Of a DNA stretch of 32,000 nt, positions 24,288 to 32,000 are shown piece after piece. The translations under genes were made by a program, and so were the position numbers. The DNA lies in contig NZ_LN831024.1 in the NCBI RefSeq assembly GCF_001457615.1, forward strand, positions 4,500,001 through 4,532,000, given 5' to 3'. Every line of letters starts with the position of its first letter. The first letter of the stretch is position 1. This DNA is from Pseudomonas aeruginosa (GTDB lineage: Bacteria > Pseudomonadota > Gammaproteobacteria > Pseudomonadales > Pseudomonadaceae). The notes below the pieces were generated by a model. That model was not told where the DNA came from. It saw nothing but the letters and a program-made list of their open reading frames with translations, and did not search any database.

Positions 24288-24773
24288 TTAGCGTGCCGGG
24301 CAGGGTGTCGCCCTGCCCGCATGGAAAAGACGGACGACAGTCTTCAGCAGCCTACCGCCTACCCGCCGCGCACGCCTCTGGCTGGCGGTTATGGTCAGGC
24401 TCAATCCTCTTTCTGCGGTTCGCCGGGCAACAACGCGCGTGATGAACAGACCGCGATACAGGTGGAATCCCGTTTGCACGTCCACCGTTTCGGAAGCGCC
24501 TTGCAGTGAAGTCAAGGCAGCGATGCCCTTGCGCACACGGTACTCGTTCAACGCGCGGCTGCCTCCCTCCATCGGCAGCAAGGAGGGCAACGGCTCGTCA
24601 GCGGGCGCATGGTCGACAATGCTGCCGACGATGGTGATGAGCTTGTCGCCGCGCGCGCTGACGGCAGCCTCTTGCCCCGTCTCGACGACACTCCCGGCAG
24701 CCTGCGCGAGGTTTTCGGAAATCACCGCATCCAGGCGAACGATGCCGACGCGACGACTGATCAACATGACCAT
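24288..24773 (-). CDS. alpE: AlpE, last gene of the alp lysis operon; resembles a phage Dit-like tail protein
   Basis: 161 aa, MVMLISRRVGIVRLDAVISENLAQ...ALTSLQGASETVDVQTGFHLYRGLFITRVVARRTAERGLSLTITASQRRARRV; RBS AGGAGAG upstream; synteny. Confidence 0.82.
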   Translation of the reverse strand: MVMLISRRVGIVRLDAVISENLAQAAGSVVETGQEAAVSARGDKLITIVGSIVDHAPADEPLPSLLPMEGGSRALNEYRVRKGIAALTSLQGASETVDVQTGFHLYRGLFITRVVARRTAERGLSLTITASQRRARRVGGRLLKTVVRLFHAGRATPCPAR

Positions 24774-24825
24774 GGATCTCTCCTCTATGTATGGATGGCA
24801 TCGCTACGATGCATCGCAACGACCT

Positions 24826-25329
24826 CTAGTAAGCCGTTCCACCCGTCCCCCCGGAGGCCTGCCCGGAAGCGGTGCGCTCGAGGTCGACGAGCAGTACGTG
24901 TTCGTGAGCGAGAACAAGGTCGAAACGAGCCTGTCCCAGCGCCTGGCCATCCTGCACGACGGACAGGTTTTCGATGGGCGTCAGGCGCAGCAGGCTGGCC
25001 TTCAGCACGCGCAGGCGCTCGCCGGCATTGCCTGACTGCAGCAGGCAGCAGGCATCCTGCAGGTACTGGTGCGCCCCGGGACCATGCCAGGTCAGGCGAA
25101 AGATGCTCTCGCAACTGGCCAGCAGGGACTCCTGCTCGCCACTGGCGGAAAACTCCCGCCGCACCTTGCCAAGCAGGCTCGAGGACTCCAGGCGCAAGGT
25201 CATGAAGGGGATGGCCGGCGGGGCCAGCAGTTGATCGGCATCGATGACGCTGCCGGCGGGCAGGCCGAACAACTGCCGCAACGTTTCGCGCAGGGCGGCG
25301 TGATCCAGGCGCACGGTTGCACTGGACAT
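24826..25329 (-). CDS. alpD: AlpD; resembles phage neck/tail-completion (LIC_12616-type) proteins
   Basis: 167 aa from ATG at 25329: [49 protein letters not shown]...; RBS AAGGAG. Confidence 0.82.
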
Positions 25330-25420
25330 GGCGAACTCCTTTTTCAGGATGGATGGATGACGGACAGGCACCGACGCGGCGGATACAACCGCCGGCCAGG
25401 CCGGAGCGAAGTACGTTCGT

Positions 25421-25696
25421 TCAATGCAGGCGCAGGACCCGCGCCAGGTTGCCGCGCGCCTGCAACAGCAGGACCAGCAGCACCAGCAGTACCCCGAGCA
25501 TCCACGGCGAGAGGTGCTCGGCACGATACAACCCGGCCACTATTCCCAGCGCCTGGCAGCCGGTGCACAACGCCAGCAGGTAGGCGCACAGGGAAACGCC
25601 GGGGCGGAAACGCGCGCCGGCGCGGCGATAGGTGATCAGGCGCATGCAGATCGCCGAGCAGACCAGCACGGTCAGGGTGGACAGCGGATCAACCAT
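25421..25696 (-). CDS. alpC: AlpC, small 3-TM holin-like membrane protein
   Basis: 91 aa from ATG at 25696: [91 protein letters not shown]; start overlaps the alpB stop. Confidence 0.85.
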
Positions 25697-26063
25697 CGGA
25701 CTTGCCTCCCCGGCGGCGCAACAGCCCGCGCATCCAGCTGGGCAGTTCGCCGCCACGCATCCACTCGAGCATGCCGATGCCGCCGGTCACGCAGAGGGTC
25801 GCGGCGACGAAGGCGGCCATGCCGCTGGTCTGGGTCAATCCGCGGCCGAGCGCCTCGATTCCGGCGTAATAGCCGCCGACCCAGGACACCAGCAGGTAGC
25901 CGAGGCGGGTCAGGGCGTTGTAGTCACGGGCGAACACGACAAAGAAGATGGCGCCGCCGAAGCCTCCCAGCAAGGCGTTGCCATCGATACCCGGCAGGTA
26001 CATGGCCAGGCCGACGCCAGCCATTGCGCTGGCGGCGGAGGCCGCAGAGCTTGGCTCGGACAT
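25689..26063 (-). CDS. alpB: AlpB, holin-like membrane protein
   Basis: 124 aa from ATG at 26063: MSEPSSAASAASAMAGVGLAMYLPGIDGNALLGGFGGAIFFVVFARDYNALTRLGYLLVSWVGGYYAGIEAL...[12 protein letters not shown]; charged C-terminal tail as in holins; SD-like GGGAG. Confidence 0.86.
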   Translation of the reverse strand: MSEPSSAASAASAMAGVGLAMYLPGIDGNALLGGFGGAIFFVVFARDYNALTRLGYLLVSWVGGYYAGIEALGRGLTQTSGMAAFVAATLCVTGGIGMLEWMRGGELPSWMRGLLRRRGGKSDG

Positions 26064-26083
26064 GGATGACTCCCGGAAATGCA

Positions 26084-26106
26084 AAGGCCCGCCGAAAAGG
26101 CGGGCC
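26084..26106 (-). terminator. Candidate intrinsic terminator in the alpB leader (hairpin 2)
   Basis: On the minus strand GGCCCGCC-TTTTC-GGCGGGCC followed by TTTGCATTT; 8-bp GC stem, about 20 nt before the alpB ATG. Confidence 0.7.
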
Positions 26107-26112
26107 CGGAAC

Positions 26113-26142
26113 GGCCGAAGCCCGCATCGGCGGGCTTCGGCC
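26113..26142 (-). promoter_or_regulatory. Perfect 13-bp stem hairpin in the alpB leader (hairpin 1)
   Basis: GGCCGAAGCCCGC-ATCG-GCGGGCTTCGGCC, no U tract following; upstream of hairpin 2 in the same transcript. Confidence 0.75.
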
Positions 26143-26165
26143 AGAGGAATTTCAATCGTGGAGAA

Positions 26166-26194
26166 TTTATACCTTTATCGTCCCATAGCGTCAA
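26166..26194 (-). promoter_or_regulatory. Sigma70-type promoter of alpBCDE
   Basis: Minus strand TTGACG (26194-26189), 17-nt spacer CTATGGGACGATAAAGG, TATAAA (26171-26166). Confidence 0.8.
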
Positions 26195-26199
26195 TATGG

Positions 26200-26213
26200 G
26201 AAAACCCGTTTTC
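26200..26213. promoter_or_regulatory. Inverted repeat just upstream of the alpB -35; candidate AlpA-binding element
   Basis: GAAAAC-CC-GTTTTC, 6-bp arms, 5 bp upstream of the -35. The AlpA assignment is inference. Confidence 0.45.
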
Positions 26214-26227
26214 ATACAGAAATTTTT

Positions 26228-26758
26228 TTAGCGCTCGCCCACGATCCCCACCTCCGCCATCGGCTCCTCCAGCCGCTGCAAGGCCTGGCGCAGCAAAGCG
26301 ACGACCCGCTCGCGCCATTCCTTGTCCCAGCGATGCAGGGTGCTCTTCGACAGCCCGCTGAGTCGCTCGATCTCGCGGATGCTCGACGGCGGACGACGGA
26401 ACATGCGCATCAGCAAGGCCAGGGTTGCCCGCTGCTCGATCAGGTCGGCCCCGGGCTTCAGCCAGTCGCGCAAAGCCGCCAGGCCAAGGACGAAATCCCG
26501 CCCGCGGGCGAACTCGGCCCGCACCACCGCCAGCTCCAGTGGGTGCGCAGCCAGCTGGCGCTGGGCGAAACGCACGGTCATCACCGCCTGGGCCTGCCAT
26601 TCGTGCGGACTCAAACCGCTGGGCAGGTGTTCGATGAAGCTGCGATCGAAGCGCTCGCGCAGGCCATCGATCACCATCGCCGTCGACGACTTCGGTCCCG
26701 GCTGGTGCTCGAACATCCAGTAGGCCACGGCCAGCGCCTGCTCGGTACTTTGAAACAT
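26228..26758 (-). CDS. alpA: AlpA, transcriptional regulator/antiterminator activating alpBCDE
   Basis: 176 aa, MFQSTEQALAVAYWMFEHQPGPKSSTAMVIDGLRERFDRSFIEHLPSG...; C-terminal HTH REIERLSGLSKSTLHRWDKEW; adjacent and divergent to alpR. Confidence 0.9.
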   Translation of the reverse strand: MFQSTEQALAVAYWMFEHQPGPKSSTAMVIDGLRERFDRSFIEHLPSGLSPHEWQAQAVMTVRFAQRQLAAHPLELAVVRAEFARGRDFVLGLAALRDWLKPGADLIEQRATLALLMRMFRRPPSSIREIERLSGLSKSTLHRWDKEWRERVVALLRQALQRLEEPMAEVGIVGER

Positions 26759-26866
26759 GGTATTCCCTCCTTGGCCGGCCCACCTGGCTGGCCGCTCGCA
26801 TTAGCCACCCGCAGTGGCTGTGTTGGGCCGCCGTCCTACCCGACGCGAGTAGGAAAGCGCTGAAAT

Positions 26867-26882
26867 TATGGTAATACCCATA
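26867..26882. promoter_or_regulatory. Inverted repeat in the alpA-alpR intergenic region; candidate AlpR operator
   Basis: TATGG-TAATAC-CCATA; overlaps CATAAT, a candidate alpA -10 on the minus strand. Confidence 0.45.
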
Positions 26883-26928
26883 TACGGACGCTTGCAATGC
26901 CACAGGCACACCCTTAGTCTTTCCACCT

Positions 26929-27642
26929 ATGGAACTCAAAGATCGCATCAAGGCGGCGCGCAAGCACGCCCATCTCAGCCAGGTCCAGCTTGCCCAGGCG
27001 GTAGGCATGACCCAGACCTCCATTTCCGATCTGGAGCGCGGCAAGTCCCGCGCCACCAGCTTCGTCGCGCAGATCGCCGGCGCCTGCGGCGTCAACCCCC
27101 TGTGGCTGGCGGAAGGTCGTGGCGAGATGCTCGCCGAGCGCGGCCAGGCGAATGCAGGCCCCAATGCCAGTTGGCTTGGCGCAGTAGAGTCATGGGACGA
27201 CGAAACGCCCCTGGATGCCGACGAGATCGAACTGCCCTTCTACAAGGAGATCGAGCTGTCCGGCGGCAAGGGCAGCACGGTGATCCTGCAGACCGGCGGG
27301 CGCAAGCTGCGCTTCGGCAAGTACACCCTGCGCAAGAAGAACATCGATCCGGCCAGTGCAGCCTGCGTCACGGTCAGCGGCAACAGCATGGAGCCGGTGC
27401 TGCCGGACGGCAGCACGGTAGGCGTGGACACTAGCGCGCGGACGATCAAGGACGGCGACATGTACGCCTTCGACCACGACGGCCAACTGCGCGTGAAACT
27501 GCTTTACCGCCTTCCAGGCGGCGGCCTGCGCATTCGCAGCTTCAACAGTGACGAGCATCCGGACGAGCGCTACGAGCCCCAGGAAGCCGCCGAGCACATC
27601 AACGTAATCGGCCGGGTGTTCTGGTACTCGGTGCTGGTCTGA
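26929..27642 (+). CDS. alpR: AlpR, LexA/CI-like self-cleaving repressor
   Basis: 237 aa: HTH_XRE N terminus (LSQVQLAQAVGMTQTSISDLERGKS), S24 peptidase C terminus with VSGNSMEPVLPDG (Ser153) and LRVKLL (Lys190). Confidence 0.95.
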   Translation: MELKDRIKAARKHAHLSQVQLAQAVGMTQTSISDLERGKSRATSFVAQIAGACGVNPLWLAEGRGEMLAERGQANAGPNASWLGAVESWDDETPLDADEIELPFYKEIELSGGKGSTVILQTGGRKLRFGKYTLRKKNIDPASAACVTVSGNSMEPVLPDGSTVGVDTSARTIKDGDMYAFDHDGQLRVKLLYRLPGGGLRIRSFNSDEHPDERYEPQEAAEHINVIGRVFWYSVLV

Positions 27643-27705
27643 CCCCTTCCCGCCCCGCCTGACGACGGGGCCGCGTTCCGGCGGAAGAAAAATCCCGGGC
27701 AAAGA

Positions 27706-27735
27706 AAAAGGGCCTGCATTGCTGCAGGCCCTTTC
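27706..27735. terminator. Bidirectional intrinsic terminator between alpR and tRNA-Arg
   Basis: AAAAGGGCCTGCA-TTGC-TGCAGGCCCTTT; 9-bp stem. Confidence 0.8.
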
Positions 27736-27739
27736 GGTA

Positions 27740-27816
27740 TGGCGCACTCAGGAGGATTCGAACCTCCGACCGCTCGGTTCGTAGCCGAGTACTCTATCCA
27801 GCTGAGCTATGAGTGC
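27740..27816 (-). tRNA. tRNA-Arg (ACG), copy 1
   Basis: Minus strand GCACTCATAGCTCAGCTGGATAGAGTACTCGGCTACGAACCGAGCGGTCGGAGGTTCGAATCCTCCTGAGTGCGCCA, 77 nt. Confidence 0.97.
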
Positions 27817-27927
27817 GTGTCGGTGCTTTTTCCGGCCACCTGCCGGTAACGCTTGTTTTACCGTGAAAGACCGCAACTGTCGATCCTTCGCTCGCCGAGC
27901 CCCTGACGAGAGGAACCCTTCGAAATA

Positions 27928-28004
27928 TGGCGCACTCAGGAGGATTCGAACCTCCGACCGCTCGGTTCGTAGCCGAGTACTCTATCCAGCTGAGCTATGA
28001 GTGC
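27928..28004 (-). tRNA. tRNA-Arg (ACG), copy 2
   Basis: Identical 77-nt sequence, 188 nt away. Confidence 0.97.
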
Positions 28005-28119
28005 GTCGTGGGGGCGCATTATAGATTGTGGATTTTATCCGTCAAGCGATTTTTTCAATCAAATCAGTAACTTAGTTACCAATATGGCTTTCGCCGCCTG
28101 AATCAACCTCTAACACTTG

Positions 28120-28212
<93 letters not shown>

Positions 28213-28273
28213 GCAACACGGGGCGCATGATACCCATCTTTACCCCGTTTGCAAAGGGAAAATTAGATAAAAA

Positions 28274-28459
28274 TTAATGGTTTGGCTCTTGATCTTTCTC
28301 TTTCTGGATGCGCTGGTAAATTTCCTCCCGGTGTACGGCGACTTCCTTCGGCGCGTTGACGCCGATGCGCACCTGGTTCCCTTTGACACCCAGTACCGTC
28401 ACGGTGACGTCGTCACCTACCATCAGGGTCTCTCCGACCCGACGAGTCAGAATCAGCAT
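28274..28459 (-). CDS. rsmA: Carbon storage / post-transcriptional regulator RsmA (CsrA)
   Basis: 61 aa [61 protein letters not shown]; RBS GAGGAGAAAGG. Confidence 0.98.
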   Translation of the reverse strand: MLILTRRVGETLMVGDDVTVTVLGVKGNQVRIGVNAPKEVAVHREEIYQRIQKEKDQEPNH

Positions 28460-28606
28460 TCCTTTCTCCTCACGCGAATATTTCAGGACAACAGTCTGCA
28501 AAAAAGAAATGGCGGCGGATCCGCAGAAATCAAGAGCGCGATCCTTCACCCAGTATTGACCAGTCCCGCCGGAATGAAAGTTCCTGCCAAACGGTCAAAA
28601 ACGACA

Positions 28607-28631
28607 AAAGGCGCGGGGTTGCCGCGCCTTT
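28607..28631 (-). terminator. Intrinsic terminator after lysC
   Basis: Minus strand AAAGGCGCGG-CAACC-CCGCGCCTTTT. Confidence 0.8.
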
Positions 28632-28643
28632 CGCCTGTCAGCG

Positions 28644-29882
28644 TCACTCACCCTGTCGCGCCGGCGCGTCGAGCTCGAACGCCGTGTGCAGAGCACGTAC
28701 CGCCAGTTCCAGGTACTTCTCTTCGATCACCACGGAAACCTTGATTTCCGAGGTGGAGATCATCTGGATGTTGATGCTTTCCTTGGCCAGCGCTTCGAAC
28801 ATGCGGCTGGCCACGCCGGCGTGCGAACGCATGCCGACGCCGACGATGGAAACCTTGGCGATGTTGGTGTCGCCGATGGCTTCGCGCGCGCCGATGTTGG
28901 CGGCGGTCTGCTTGAGGATTTCCAGGGCGTTCAGGTAATCGTTGCGATGCACCGTGAAGGTGAAGTCGGTGGTGTTATCGTGCGCCACGTTCTGCACGAT
29001 CATGTCGACTTCCACATTGGCGGCACTGATCGGCCCGAGGATCTTGAAGGCCACGCCGGGGGTATCGGGTACGCCACGGATGGTCAGCTTGGCTTCGTCG
29101 CGGTTGAAGGCGATGCCGGAGATGATCGGCTGTTCCATGGATTCCTCTTCATCATCGATAGTAATGAGGGTGCCCGGACCCTCCTGGAAGCTGTGCAGCA
29201 CGCGCAGCGGAACGTTGTACTTGCCGGCGAACTCGACCGCCCGGATCTGCAGCACCTTGGAACCGAGGCTGGCCATTTCCAGCATTTCCTCGAAGGTGAT
29301 CTTGTCCAGCCGACGGGCCTGCGGCACTACGCGCGGATCGGTGGTGTAGACGCCGTCGACGTCGGTGTAGATCTGGCATTCGTCGGCCTTCAACGCCGCC
29401 GCCAGGGCCACCCCGGTGGTATCGGAACCGCCGCGGCCCAGCGTGGTGATGTTGCCGTTGCCGTCGACGCCCTGGAAACCGGCGACCACCACTACCCTGC
29501 CGGCCTTGAGGTCGGCGCGGATGTGGGTGTCGTCGATGTGCAGGATGCGCGCCTTGGTGTGCGCACTGTCGGTGAGGATACGCACCTGGTTGCCGGTATA
29601 GGAGACCGCCGGCACGCCGCGCTTGATCAGGGCCATGCTGAGCAGGGCGATGGTCACCTGCTCTCCGGTCGAGACCATGACGTCCAGTTCGCGCGGAACC
29701 GGCTGCTCCATGATCTGGTTGGCCAGGCCGATCAGACGGTTGGTCTCGCCGCTCATGGCGGATACCACCACGACGACGTCATCGCCCGCTTCGCGGAATT
29801 TCTTCACCTTCTCGGCCACCTGCTCGATACGCTCGACGGTGCCGACGGAGGTCCCTCCAAACTTCTGTACGATCAAAGCCAT
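28644..29882 (-). CDS. lysC: Aspartate kinase
   Basis: 412 aa from ATG at 29882: MALIVQKFGGTSVGTVERIEQVAEKVKKF..., two ACT domains. Confidence 0.96.
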   Translation of the reverse strand: MALIVQKFGGTSVGTVERIEQVAEKVKKFREAGDDVVVVVSAMSGETNRLIGLANQIMEQPVPRELDVMVSTGEQVTIALLSMALIKRGVPAVSYTGNQVRILTDSAHTKARILHIDDTHIRADLKAGRVVVVAGFQGVDGNGNITTLGRGGSDTTGVALAAALKADECQIYTDVDGVYTTDPRVVPQARRLDKITFEEMLEMASLGSKVLQIRAVEFAGKYNVPLRVLHSFQEGPGTLITIDDEEESMEQPIISGIAFNRDEAKLTIRGVPDTPGVAFKILGPISAANVEVDMIVQNVAHDNTTDFTFTVHRNDYLNALEILKQTAANIGAREAIGDTNIAKVSIVGVGMRSHAGVASRMFEALAKESINIQMISTSEIKVSVVIEEKYLELAVRALHTAFELDAPARQGE

Positions 29883-30029
29883 TTCAAACCGCCTGATTCC
29901 GTGAAGGGCGCCCTTTTGAACCTGCCACATTCTTTCGCTACCCGGACTGGCGGGGCGCACCGCCGGCCGGGCATCAAGGGGCGCTGGCCGCCCGGCCCCG
30001 CATCGCTCTGGCGCGGGGCCGGCATGGCA

Positions 30030-32000
<1,971 letters not shown>

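Noticed and set aside
25424-26188. 254-aa plus-strand ORF across alpC and alpB
   Set aside because: Antisense to two overlapping holin-like genes with matched RBS sites and operon spacing; no domain.
26175-27164. 329-aa minus-strand ORF across alpA, the intergenic region and the alpR 5' end
   Set aside because: Runs through the divergent promoter region in a different frame from AlpA; amino-acid composition is out-of-frame-like.
24288-27642. Idea that this is a wholly undescribed lysis or defence system
   Set aside because: AlpR (237 aa, S153/K190) and AlpA protein sequences and synteny match the characterised P. aeruginosa alp programmed-death locus. Only details are offered as possibly new.

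Overview
The window matches a Pseudomonas aeruginosa chromosomal core segment. From recalled gene order and protein sequences it corresponds to PAO1 PA0931 down to PA0903. Left to right it holds: pirA (siderophore receptor, truncated by the window edge), pirS and pirR (two-component system; pirR is split by a +/-1 frameshift at a C6 tract), gacS, ldhA, two small conserved genes, a YejM/LTA-synthase-like sulfatase-fold membrane protein, dinB, tRNA-fMet, two small genes, an MprF-type alanyl-phosphatidylglycerol synthase with its VirJ-type hydrolase (PA0920/PA0919), cytochrome b561, kup, rimO, two conserved genes, mgtE and a DUF4124 gene. These are followed by the alpE-D-C-B-A / alpR lysis locus, two tRNA-Arg(ACG), tRNA-Ser(GCT), rsmA/csrA, lysC and alaS (truncated). 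The standout system is the alp locus (24288-27642). It has a LexA-like self-cleaving repressor (AlpR), a divergent small regulator (AlpA, reported as an antiterminator), and a holin-type operon. A well-spaced sigma70-type promoter sits directly upstream of tandem GC-rich hairpins ahead of alpB. The pathway is already described in P. aeruginosa, so I do not claim it as new. Less settled points are the apparent phage-tail ancestry of AlpD/AlpE, the inverted-repeat architecture, a possibly leaderless alpR mRNA, and the pirR frameshift.
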